Assembly: GCA_030704615.1 (NCBI GenBank)
Contig: CM060734.1
Coordinates: 6,572,001 to 6,636,000 of the forward strand
DNA length: 64,000 nt
Source of the DNA: Takakia lepidozioides
Lineage: Eukaryota; Plantae; Bryophyta
Direction: 5' to 3'
In this document: positions 1 through 11,574 of the stretch, piece after piece
How positions within the stretch are numbered: position 1 is the first letter of the stretch
Layout of the letters: each line of letters begins with the position of its first letter
Notes under the pieces: generated by a model
Seen by the model: the letters and a program-made list of their open reading frames with translations, nothing else
Told to the model about the DNA's origin: nothing
Databases searched by the model: none
Made by a program: the position numbers and the translations under genes

Positions 1-72
1 CATTTTATTGCAAATTTTGTGGCAAGCCACATCTATACAAGTGTGTCCTAACTGTCATAGCCGGAATGGGCA

Positions 73-3000
73 CTACTCTCCTACACCCTCCGAGGAACTT
101 GCCCCACCTTCCTCCTCATCCCCCTCATCCCCCCCATCCTCTGAGCTATGAGATGCATCAGTTCCACTATGCCTCTCAAAAATACCGTCCTCTCCTTGGG
201 GGACTGTCCACCTCACTTCCTGGGAATGTTCTGCCTCTTCTCCCCCACTTTCCTCAGCAGAATCCAAGACAAATCTACGAGCCTGACGGGCTCTAATAGC
301 TGCTACCTCCTCCCTCATCTTCATTTTCTTGAGGTTTGCCCCGTCTAAAATCTGTTGTACACGACTAGGTTCGGAAGACCTCCTAATTGACACCGAAGCA
401 AGCCGGGCAGCATAAGTAGGAAGGATTTAGTCCCTTTCTGGACTCGGCATGAAATCCCCCCTGGCAAAAAAAGGCACGTTCCTCCTGCCCATAAACTGCG
501 GTGTAGACGTCCCTCCTGCAGTACTTGGCATCCTACAGTAAGAACAAATCCACTTCAAGAATGTCAATACCAGCAGAAGCACAAAGGCTCTTTCAATGAA
601 ATAAGAGAGCGAAGGGAGGTGCCTCACGAAATCAGGAGGCAACTTACAATGCGACCACTCACTCGTAAACCGGGGGCTCCTCGGCCTTGATCCCAACTTA
701 TACCTCCCCCTACTCCTTGTCGGATTCTTCCTCATCCTCCGAGGATGCCTCTTCCTCTTTCGGCAGACGTTCAGCCGTTGCAAGTTCGGAGTTGTGGAGG
801 GCAATATCTGGCTTGAAGGCGAAGACATGCTTGTCGGACAACGTCCCTGCCCACATTGAAGCACCTGATGGACAAAGCGGGCAGTTAGTAGCATGCGGCA
901 TGCAATTGCAATCGGGCCAGGGGACAAACTGTGCACGTGAAGGCTTACCCGTGCCGCATGTGAGGTCAAGAATCCGCCCTTGGACATCCGAGCACGTCTC
1001 CATGAGGGTTTGGATGAAAGCAGGGCTCCGGGTCCGGCTGTACCGCCACGGTTTGCCTGTCTTTGTGTCCTTCGGGATACTGGAGTGGGGCACATAGTTG
1101 TAAAGGACATCGTAGGTAACAGGGTCCACAGCGGCATCAACTAGACGACCGTCGTTGCAGAATTTGAACGTAGACCCTCTCTTCACAAAACAATATGCCT
1201 CAAACACCAATGTCTGCACATCCAACAAAAGAAGGATCAACTCCAGGGTCTAGTTCAGATACACCACAATATGAAGTGAATGCAATAGATTGATAACTTA
1301 CACTTTGGCCCTCTGTTTGCAACCCTGCGTATTTGATGTAGAACCATTTTTTGAGGAGGACCAGGGTGACACTTTTCGGTGTCCACCTTGCCACAACATT
1401 GTATGTGGTCTTCCCTCTTGTGGCAAGGACCACAATACATCCACCGTCATCCAGGAGCATCCCCGCCAGCCCAAACCCGGCTCTCCAGTAGTCCTCAGTA
1501 AACCTGTTCCAGGTGGGCACACCATCCAAGCCCTCCAGTAGCTCCCCATCTGGAATATCGAGGAGAATCATATCGCAGGCTCTCTCCACCTCGACCCCCC
1601 CCCCCCCCCGAGTGCTCTTGCAATCCGTGCTCACAGCCGTGAAGAATTCCATCATGGATTCGAAACCAGGGGTGTCTTTAGGCTCTGTACTGGGAGCCCT
1701 CTTCTTGGCTTTCCCCTTCAGCTCCTCCAGAGACTTGTTGTGTGCCACCTTCTTCGCCCTGGCAGCCAGAGCGTCAAGGAAGCTCTCATTGACACATTGG
1801 TTGGGGGTTCTAGCTTTGGCCTCTGCGGAAACGTCACTGCCGAATACCGCCATGTAGGCTTGCCCTCAAATGCCAACTTCATGGCAGAGCCAGTCCCAGT
1901 CCGAACTGACTTGGGAACCCGGACGACCGGTGACTTGGTACCAGCAGCAGCAGTCGCAAGACCTTGCACAAAGTCGTCGTCGGAGTCACTCCCTTGGGGC
2001 CCCTCTTGCGCCTCCTCTGGTGCCCCGGTGGTTTTCTGTTTTTTGGGGGTTACTGTACTCCCCTGTTTCCGTGTCCTTTTCTTTTGACCTTTATTCTTCT
2101 CATTCAATTTCTCCTGAATACCTGCCTGAGCAAGCTCTGCCGCTTTCCTGGACTTGGCAAGCGCTTTTGCCTCCTTTGGACCCAGCGGAGGCAGCGGAGC
2201 CCGGTTTCGTCAGGCCTCCGCATCCAGCTTCAATTGAAACTCAGATGAGTCGAGCGAGCTGGGCGGAAGGTCCACATACCAAGGGCAGTCGGGCAAATGT
2301 TCCAGATGCCACTCCTTCATGATAATGTCAGTGTACATGGAGTCAGCCCCAGGGTTCCTCCATGCGAGGAAGAATGGCGGCTCGAAGGACAAATGACCTT
2401 TCTCCAAAAGGGAGAACTTGCAGTACGTGCATTCAAGAAACACACACAGAATGAGGTCCCGGGAACAAGGTAAATTTTAGGGAATGAAACTGCAAAATAG
2501 ACGCGAATAATGGCGCCAAATTTCTAGTTTCGGTGCCAGCCACCCCAGGGACTGAGCCATTTTCGGGGCCCTGAACTGGAAATTCGGCGCCATTTTCCCA
2601 TATTGGGGCCGAAAATGGCTAAGTCCCAGAACTGACTGGGGCCGCAACTGGAAAAATGGCGCCGAATTTCCAATTTCGGTGCCAGCCACCCCAGGGACTT
2701 GGCCATTTTCGGGGCCCTGAACTGGAAATTCGGCGCCATTTTCCCAGATTGGGGCTGAAAATGGCTGTCCCAGAACTGACTGGGGCCGGATCTGGAAAAA
2801 TGGCGCCGAATTTCCGGTTTCGGTGCCAGCCACCCAAGGGACTTAACCATTTTCGGGGCCCTGAACTGGAAATTCGGCGCCATTTTCCTAGGTTGGGGCC
2901 GAAAATGGCTAAGTCCCAGAACTGACTGGGCCCGGAACTGAAAAAATGGCGCCGAATTTCCAGTTTCGGTGCCAGATACCCCCAATGACTTAGCCATTTT

Positions 3001-4888
3001 CGGGGCCCTGAACGATTGATGCGGCTCCATTTTCCCAGGTTGGGGCCGAGAATGGCTAAGTCCCAGATCTGACTGGGCCTGCAACTGGAAAAATGGCGCC
3101 GAATTTCCAGACTGAGTGCCAGCCACCCCCTGGACAGCCAGCCCCCAGGGCCCGAATCCGGAAATTCGGCGCCATTTTTCCAAGGACTTCTTCACAACTA
3201 ATTCTCATGCGCCACATAAGGCCTCTTAAATCCTTGAAATGTAGGGACTAAAAAGAAAGGCATCGCATATGTACCTATATAGAAGGCGCATTGCCGCTTT
3301 GTCCGCGTTCGGCTGGTCGGTGAACTCGTGGCTCCGGCGGGCATGGGGTATCTCTCGAAAGAATAGGTCGGTTTTGTAGAGCAGAAAGTACCTCATCACA
3401 TAGTCGCGTAGGCTCTCTGCTTCACCAGAAATCTCCAACTTGAACTGATGTGCTTGTGTGTCAAGCTGCTCTTGCGCATTCGTCATCACCTGAGGACATT
3501 CTCCATCAGACCGCTTTCCTCAAAAAATACAATAAATCCATCCGATACAAGAGTAGAAGCCCCAAATGAAGCGTGGGAAAGTACCTGAAACCACCATGTC
3601 ATGCGGTTCATTCTCATGTCGAATGTGGGGTCGGACAGTTGGTCGGGTTTGGGGAAGCTCCACATGTCCCTTGTACTTTGGGAACCATTCCAGATTTGGA
3701 GCCACCGGGTCTGTCCAACCACCCAGCATATTAGTAAGCGCCAAACACCACAGAAACGAATTGCTGCCACGACAATTTGGTTAAGAATGTATAACCTTTC
3801 TGTTGCATCCACACAGGATGTGGCTAGACGATGCAGCTTCTCCAATGTCATCGTGGGCTTCAGAGCGCGGGAGTAGTGCTTCCCCACCTCCACCAGAAAG
3901 TCGGCACCAAGGGCGGGATCAGCTATGGCCACGTACTTTACCATCCGCAACTTGTACTTTATGCGGGCCTTCACCTCCGCAGTTTTGAGATATGATTCCA
4001 GTGCCGAGAGGGTTAGTTTCTTCTCCTCTGACTCCATGTAGAACCTCCGCGCATGTGCCAAATCCTGCTGAATTTTCGTCTGTCAAGAATGCACAGATAT
4101 GATTAGAAATCCTGGTCAACACTTTTTCTTCTATTGGGGGAGGAGAGACAGATAAGCTGAACAAAACAGTCAGGAGCTTTACCCGAAATATGTAGTCCAC
4201 CATGGCGTCCATGCTCAGCCTATACCAGGTTCTGTCTGCCTTTGCCTCTGACTTGCGCAGCAGGCCGGCACTGAGCGAATTGGCAAACTCTTGCACCCCC
4301 TGCTTCCCGACATCCTTCACTCGGAAGAGCATATGGGACAAGTTGGTGCAATGAAGGCATTCTCAGTTACCCTGCAATGCCACATTTCCATTAAACAATA
4401 CAGAAATGAGAATTTGCAACAAATATGACGATTGGCAATGCAATGACTGTTTCAAATTCAAAGTTCCAAAGCAAGAGGCATTGTAACTTACGAGTTGATG
4501 TCTGCCATTGCTGCTTTGAGAAGACTGCAATCTTTGGGCCCCGCAACCTTGAGCACAACACACTCCACGGCGAAATGCCAATCCAGGTCGTTGGGGGTGG
4601 GCTTGGGCTATGTACTCCATCCATGCCAGGAGGCGATGATTGCCGTCCCACATGTAAAACATCTTTCCGGACAAGTGCTGGAAAAGAGGATCAGTAGCAA
4701 TCAATCTCTCGAACTCCTCATTTCGCCTTTGCCAATGGGGACCCCATTTGTCCACCTCATTGAAAGTGTGGGCACGAGAAGCTCCGTGGTCGTTCTCCAT
4801 GGAAACGTAAAACGCGGCAGACCCCATTCGATATCCCTCCCGGAAAGAGAATTTCAGCTTGTCGATATCACCTGGGAGGGCAGGTCTC
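73..4888 (-). pseudogene. 5'-truncated copy of a multi-exon ParB/Srx-fold + beta-class amino-DNA-methyltransferase fusion gene
   Basis: ParB-like FYMWDGNHRLLAW (DGNHR at 4633-4647). MTase motif IV-like CDMILLDIPDG (DIPD at 1548-1559), then LLDDGGCIVV, then SPAFIQTLMETCSDVQGRILDLTCGTG (motifs X/I). Lesions: premature TGA at about 2210, splice acceptor mutated CAG>CAC near 2426, frameshifts. Confidence 0.75.
2510..3182. repeat. Tandem array, ~146-bp unit (about 4.5 copies), built from inverted half-units; intronic
   Basis: ccattttcggggcc recurs at 2557, 2703, 2847 and 2994. Each unit holds GGAAATTCGGCGCCATTTT in both orientations. Confidence 0.9.
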
Positions 4889-5272
4889 TTATAGGTCCCA
4901 ACTTGATTGAAGTGTAAGCCCAAAATTTGGAAATGTGGCTCCGAATTTGGGTACTTGGTGCCGGGCATTGCACAAATGTTGGGCTGTTCTGGGCCATGTA
5001 ACTGGAAATTCGGCGCCATTTTTCCAAACATCGTTCCCGTACATGTTGGGACTTAGCCAGTTTTCGGCCCAAAACAGGGAAATTTGGCGCCATTTTTCCA
5101 GAAATGGCCCCCTCAACTGCAACTATTGGAACTCAGTTTTCTTGAAGATTTGCAAATTTTTCCTGCCGCCATCTTTGTATTGATTCTGTTTCGACATTGA
5201 ATTGCCACTAGACGTCAACGGATATCCAACAGTCCATAGTGTTTAAAAGACATCACTTTAATATTGTCTGTC

Positions 5273-8200
5273 TCATTCCAGGAGTTTTGGGGTGCAATTA
5301 CACTGCAAAACAAAGTCTAATGCATCAAAATGCAATTGCAAATATCCATATGGTGGATTCCCTTTGCCCCAACAATGATTTCTGGAATCCCGACGGAGGA
5401 GTTTGTGCAGCTCGTTCACGCTCAACGCTGGTGCATGTATAAAGTCATCAATAGTCAAATTCATCCTCAACCTCTTCAGGTAAATGTAATACGGATGCTT
5501 GCACGGATAATACTTTGACCCCTTCTTTGCTTCCATCAACGAGAAGTCCGTACAATTGCAAGTTGGCTCCACTCCAATCGTAATTGTGTATACGTCGTCG
5601 CGTACAGCTCACCACAGCGTGCTCTCGTATCCACCCGGATGGCGCAGCATTTCCCTCGAAATGCCGGCAATGTCCTTGCAATTCTCCACTGTGACTCCGA
5701 CACTGTTGTCTCCACAATGGGTATGTTGTACTGCGTTACTACAGATGGCTCGTTATGTTCCTCGGGCACGTGCCCTGTGCTCAAAGGAGATGGCGATCTT
5801 GAACGTGCAGGACTTGCGGTGCTCGACGAGACCTCCTCGGGCAACATCACGGGACCACGAGGGAGCGTGCAAATATTCTTGTCAGCTCGCCATGAATCCT
5901 CTTCTCCGCCAGGTGCCTCGTCAAGTCTTCATCTCACTAGACGGGTGTGAACATCTCCTTCCAAGTGTTGGCCTCTTTGAAGCAATGGCGTGTCCCAAAG
6001 GCCCTCTCGCAAGTCTGCCGCCCACTTGCGAGGATTCTTCGATCTGAGGCAGTCCGCATCAGCATTTCCTGCCTATCCGGCCCCAAGCCCCACTGTTTCC
6101 CTTTCAAGAACTCATTGTATCTGCATTGCTGCATAATTGACCTCACAATGTCCTCCGTTGTGACAGTGAGGATGTCCACCAGATGCGCCGCAGAGGAGGC
6201 ACGCCAGGAAGAATGTACTGATTCGGCCACGTTTGTTATCGGCATGTCGGTGTCGGAGTCCAGACACATTTCCTGCACATGCACATGTTGAGGTTACAAG
6301 CAAGTTACAAATAATGACTAGCATAATATTGAACGGGACGTGAATTCGTCCAACTCACCTCCCGCATATAGTCGCCAAACTGGAGGAAACGATAATGCCA
6401 CCATGCTAGCCAACTGACCATTGCTCCCTCGTCTGATTTCTTTACAGCACCTGACGTTGTCCACCAAGCCCGTATACATGCAAACTGTGTCTCTGCATCA
6501 TCCAAGGTGGGAGCACGCTTCCACGCAAGACACATGGAACGGTGCTCCTCTCTGAAATCTGGCGCCACGAGTCGGGTTGTGTACTGCGACAAGCGCTGCA
6601 GAAAATGGAACCCACAAGATCTCTCCTTGCCTTCCATCGGAACATTGGGGTCTTCCCCGTACACACTTTGAATGGCAGCCCAATTTGCTTGTGCGTTGTC
6701 CGCCATGAAACCACGGAAATTGGGAGGGGGCAATCCCACCCTGGCCATCTGTTTGTTTATTCCCTGCCAAAGAAGCATCTCCGATTGTGTGTCTTCTCCT
6801 TTCATCTCACAAATATCAATTGTCATTAGCATCCTGCAGTTGGTGTCATAGACATGTGCAGCCATTGTCACTCACTGGTGATTTGTAATTCGTTTGATAT
6901 GGTCGAACATGACCCAACTGTTTGACAAGTCCCCACTCGTCATCCGGTGGACCAGTTCGACGCTGTTGCCAGGCCCACACGTGGACATTTTGAATACGAA
7001 ACAACGATCTGCCTCAGTCCCTTGTATAGGAAACCTACTTCCATGAATGTAGTCATATCCACATCGTCGCTTCACCTCCAGAATGGCTCCAGAATGGAGT
7101 GCATATCCGAGCCACGCCCAATTTTTTGTTTGCAGGAGACAATGTGGTTTCGGACATTCGGTGAACAGACGTGGGACACTGACTCCAGCATTGCCTCCAT
7201 TTCCTTCTCATCGAGAGGAACTTTGTCGGAGCCGTCTTCCGACATAATTCTGGCCAATGTCATCTTATGGGCGGCCTGCAGCTGTATCTGTTTAGGTTTG
7301 GCACCAGGTCTCAACTTAACCTCCTCCTGAACGAGCTGCTCTGCCTCGTGGGCAGCCTCCCGTGAGTTCCCCCTCGCCAATATGTGACAATGGGAACCAA
7401 CATGTATGCAAGCTTGTGTGAGGTCAGGGAAACAGTGCAACACATAGAACGGCTTGGCATTACAAATAGACATGCAATGTGGTGGTTCTTTGCAATGCGC
7501 ACACTTAAATGTGGAGTTTGGAACCTTCTCCTGAGCTCGAAATGGTTGATGAGCTGCGCCTATCCAATCCATCTCGTTCCTGTGACCTCTGGATTTAAAG
7601 TGGAAGCAAGTTGGGGAGAAACACCGCAACGCACCTGCACAAACAACGTAGCGCACCCGCACACCATCGAGCATCTTCATGCTGGTGGTTTTGGTGACGC
7701 ACCAAGGATGACCGTCATGTTTCTTATTCATATCTGTCAACATTCGGGACGCCCTCGAATAGTCCGTTCGAGGAGGGAACTCAAAGAACATATTACTGTC
7801 GACGTCTGCGGGAAGGCATGTAACGGATTTAATGGCAAACTTGTTGTAGTCTAGCCCAGCCAGCTCCGAGCGGTGTCCCTCCATGTGAAGCCCTCGCAGA
7901 ATTTCAAGAATGGATCGAACTGCTGTGTTCGTGCTGGGAATATGACTCCCTCGTCCGCTGATGTCCATTGAGGACTTGCCTGATCTCCATGATGATCTCA
8001 GAACTTCCATGACCTCGTCGAAGTCGGACAGGTTGTGAACAACCCGGTTCTCGCTCGTCTTCACTGATGGGTTCGGCTCTGGATTTACTTCGTTGCGGAC
8101 TTCTCTCTTTGAGGTGCCCACTTTCTGATTCGCGGATTGTTTCGTGGAAGGCGCCAGGATAGAAGGCGCATTTGGCAGGCAAATGAAGTCCCCAACAGCC

Positions 8201-8455
8201 CTGTATATGACGTTGTCCGATGGTGGAACTCCATTCCCTGCCATCGCCGAAATCATTGTGGAGCACAACAATACTTTCGACTACAACTCCGTTTGAATCC
8301 TTCCTTTCCTCCTCCAAAAATACCGACCCCGGTTTAAGGTGGTATTGAACGCAGAGATATTTCTCCATCACCCGGCAGATGTCCCCTCTGCACAGAAATG
8401 TAGCTCTATGCTCGTGAGGAGGGCAGTACACTATAGCGCTCGGGTTTTCTGCCAT
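5273..8455 (-). pseudogene. Mutator-like (MULE) DDE transposase with N-terminal Cys/His-rich (GCM-like) domain and C-terminal SWIM finger; frameshifted
   Basis: WVMFDH (D1), FMADNAQA (D2), CGFHF (CxxH) and TNVAESVH (E) across ORFs 6872-7075, 6305-6871 and 5937-6284. SWIM CNC...PCKH in 5273-5572. CAGALRC..PTC...CAHC...C...HVGSHCH in 7072-8271. Confidence 0.75.
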
Positions 8456-9036
8456 GGGAGATGTGCACACAAGACTGCCAGGACGGCATTCGGACAAGCG
8501 CCCTGGGAGAAGGGGGATGCAGCGAGGGGAAGGAATGCACGGCCGATTTTTCCGAGCGACGAAGCCTATTCACGAATCCGGGGAGCCCACTCTCCCGAAA
8601 ATCCACTGTCAGAGAGTTAATGAACCTTGTCTGCGGAATGCGGCCTCTGGCCTTTGCGCAATAACTGCCAATGGTATGCAGTCAGAAGGCATATGACCTG
8701 TGCACATGCGCTGCGCAAACCAATCATTACGGCGTCTGACAAGAAGCGTGGGGGGGCGAGCATGCAAGCACCTTCCCCATGGACAGAGGGAACTGACAGA
8801 GGTGGCATTCCGGTGGGTTTGATTACAAGATTGAGTGCCAGACCCTCGCTGCCAAAAGTCAACATACAACAAAATGCAACATTGCGCAAAAAGTGGAACT
8901 TTGGTTCAAAGGAGGCATTTTTATTAATAATGAACTGTGACAAGTATGCATGCCCTCACAAGCCAAGGGAAGCCAAAAGTATGCATGCCATCCATGCTCA
9001 GGTAAGTTGGGAATTTTTTCCCGTGTTGCACTATCC

Positions 9037-9603
9037 TCACCAAGAAGCTGGAACCTCGATTGGCCTCTCAACAAGCTCATGACTGACAGGGTGTCGGTAG
9101 GTGAAGACAATGGATGCAGCCCGCTCGCCTTTGGTGTAGTGGACAACGGTGTCATGTCCTCCGATATATGCACCATCGTAAATCAAGATATTTGCTGTGG
9201 AGAGACTGTGTCCATAGGACTCATCCTCGTAGCTTATGAGAATGTCCCCATACACTGTTTGGGATGGAATCCTCTCTGGCATGTACGTACACCCGATGCA
9301 ATCCTCGTAGGCCCACTGGCAGCACCTCCAATGATGTAGTAAGCCCGTGTGGCTTTTGGGGATGTTCCATGCAGGCGGATACTGCAGATCAACGATTCGC
9401 AGGCACCAAAGCCGCGCAAGCCCGTCCCCGAGAGGTTGATCGTGGAAGCCAGGAATGTACTCAAGAGCGGACAGGTGCACCCTCCTCTGTTGAGAGTGGT
9501 CTATCCAATCCTGCAGGTATATGAAAATATCCCCTGACTTGGGTGAGAAGTCCCACGGGGTGAGATGCTTGTTTGGGCAGTTGCTGGGATCCCGGCACGC
9601 CAT
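9037..9603 (-). CDS. Orphan 188-aa ORF, co-oriented and upstream of the MULE transposase
   Basis: Uninterrupted ATG-initiated ORF with globular-looking composition (W/Y/H/C-rich). No family recognised. Confidence 0.35.
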   Translation of the reverse strand: MACRDPSNCPNKHLTPWDFSPKSGDIFIYLQDWIDHSQQRRVHLSALEYIPGFHDQPLGDGLARLWCLRIVDLQYPPAWNIPKSHTGLLHHWRCCQWAYEDCIGCTYMPERIPSQTVYGDILISYEDESYGHSLSTANILIYDGAYIGGHDTVVHYTKGERAASIVFTYRHPVSHELVERPIEVPASW

Positions 9604-9879
9604 CGCCGACTATTGAAAGGGCTGCCAGGAAGAAGACAGGGTGCGCAGGGAGGGGGGAGTGTGGGGAAGCTGAAGTGAGAGGAGATCGGAGCGAGGAAGT
9701 GTTGTTGCTGACTCGATTTGAAACGCGTGTGTCACGAGCGAAGGTCGGGCAAGTGGCAAAGAAAAGAGCAACATTTAATATAACCGTACCCAGGAATGAG
9801 GGGCAACATTTAATTTGACATGGCGTCAAATCGGAGGGTGACGGCCCCACATGCCTGCCAGAGAACATCACCCGGATGG

Positions 9880-10560
9880 TAAAACGGTGCCGAATTTCCT
9901 GCCGAGGCCGTTTGGATGAAGTCGTCTCGGGGGGAGAGGCGACACTAGGCCGACAGAGATCAGCCTTCGGAAGGAAAAACGACACCAAATTTCCATCCGA
10001 GGCCGGCTGGATGAAGTCGTCTCGGGGGGAGAGGCCGACACCTGGCCGACAGAGAACATCCCCCGGATGGAAAAACGGCGCCGAATTTCCATCTGAGGCC
10101 CGTTGGATGAAGTCGTCTCGGGGGGAGAGGCCGACACCTGGCCGACAGAGAACATCCCCCGGATGGAAAAATGGCGCCGAATTTCCATCCACAGACGCCC
10201 GTATCGGCCCTTCTTCAACAAGTTTTAGTCGTTGCATCAAGTTTTTCGCGTTTTTTTGACTGGTTACACAGTAAACTTGGAATTTTTTGCCTGCAGGATG
10301 GAAATTCGGCGCCGGATTTCCATCCGCCCCCACTCCGAAGTACCTGCAAGATGGAAATTCGGCGCCGGTTTCCCATCCGGCCGCGCTCCGAATTACCTGC
10401 AGGATGGACTTTTCCATCCGGCGTCTCATGGATGAGAACGGCTCGGGCGGAGGGAGGGCCACGTTGCGTCCTACTTCATCCGCTGGATGGAAATTTGGTG
10501 CCGTTTTTTCCATCCAGCGGGCGACTGATGAAGTCTCGGGGGAGGGTGGGCCTGTCGGCG
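9880..10560. repeat. Tandem ~95-bp repeats plus inverted copies carrying the GGAAATTCGGCGCC core
   Basis: gaagtcgtctcggggg recurs at about 9918, 10013 and 10110. ggatggaaattcggcgcc-type motifs occur at about 10297 and 10351. Confidence 0.85.
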
Positions 10561-11065
10561 CCTGTGGCCGACTTCCATACCTATGACATTTAATGGCGCA
10601 GTTGCGCATTAAATGTTCTCCGCCGTCGGTTTTGAACCGGATGTTCCACAAGGATTCCGCACTTGCTTCCCGGATACGCCTTCGACACCTGATGTGACGC
10701 TTGGATGGATGAAGTTCCATTCGAGGCATGTACGCACGCATACCTCAAGAGATTTTTTCTTTTGCTGGGACTTATGCCGTGTGGAGAAGGGCGTGGCTCT
10801 CCTGAGAGAAACCCCACACCCAGACCGCAGCGGAAGCTGAAGGCTTTGTACTACGAGCGACGTCCAAACCTCTCGCATGGCCAAACTGAAGCTCCAGTAG
10901 GAGATCCCATTGTCTTGCTCACAGCCCGCGCCAATTGAAGCCGAGCACTCTCAGGCAAGCCCCTTCCTCTTTTGCTTTGTGTAACATGTGCGGTCTTCCT
11001 CGTTTTTGTTTGTTTGTTTTGGCATCTTCAGCCTGGCAGCCCTGGAAGTGCATGGTTGCATCACA

Positions 11066-11296
11066 AAAGCACGAGTTGGTGAGATGAATGATCAAGGTCA
11101 GAGGGGTTAGAAAGGCGCCAGGTCGTTGCAAAGCACGAGTTGGTGAGAAGAATGATGAAGGTCAGAGGGGTTAGAGCCAGGTCGTTGCTGCATTGAGATT
11201 TGCAACAGGGTGCACACCTTCATTGTAGATGACAGGTTGCATCCCAGAATTAAGGAAATCCATGCTGAGCTGAGAAGATTGTCTGGGCAGATGAAG
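11066..11296 (+). pseudogene. Captured fragment of a PLS-class PPR E/E+ domain
   Basis: Manual translation ...GRCCIEICNRVHTFIVDDRLHPRIKEIHAELRRLSGQMK, preceded by a duplicated MMKVRGVR segment. Confidence 0.75.
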
Positions 11297-11574
11297 TGCC
11301 TTCAAAACATTTCACCCTCTTTTCCCGTCTTATAATCGTCCTTAAATTTTCATGTTGATTTCAGCAAGTTACTGGTTGAGTGAACCTTAGATAGTTTGCA
11401 ATGCGTGTGCAAAGCCGACAGCTCTAGAAAAGGCTGCTTCTGCATGTGATTCTTAGGGATTGCTTGGGTTTGTTTTCATTGTTCTTCCATGATTGTTGCG
11501 ATGGTGGATGCGATGCTCGTTGCGATGGTGGTTTTCATTGCGATGTTGGTTCTCACGATTGTTGGGGATGACAG

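Larger units (their letters stand above)
1..4888 (-). repeat. Left arm of a ~4.9-kb inverted duplication (may extend beyond the window start)
   Basis: Position 1 (cattttattgcaaattttgtggc) is the reverse complement of 17431-17453. Paired ORFs match in opposite orientation (73-393 vs 17061-17381; 3226-3489 vs 14017-14280; 710-1240 vs 16229-16795). Homology stops near 4888 / 12621. Confidence 0.95.

Noticed and set aside
710-1853. Bacterial contamination as the source of the MTase
   Set aside because: Spliceosomal introns with a branch point, and continuity with plant TEs.
2510-3182. CRISPR-like array of palindromic repeats
   Set aside because: The intervening sequences are themselves repeated rather than unique spacers. 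No cas genes; eukaryotic intron context.
9461-10741. 426-aa ORF as a real protein (also 2524-3195, 14509-15001, 17518-18068)
   Set aside because: These are translations of GC-rich tandem repeats, open in several frames on both strands.
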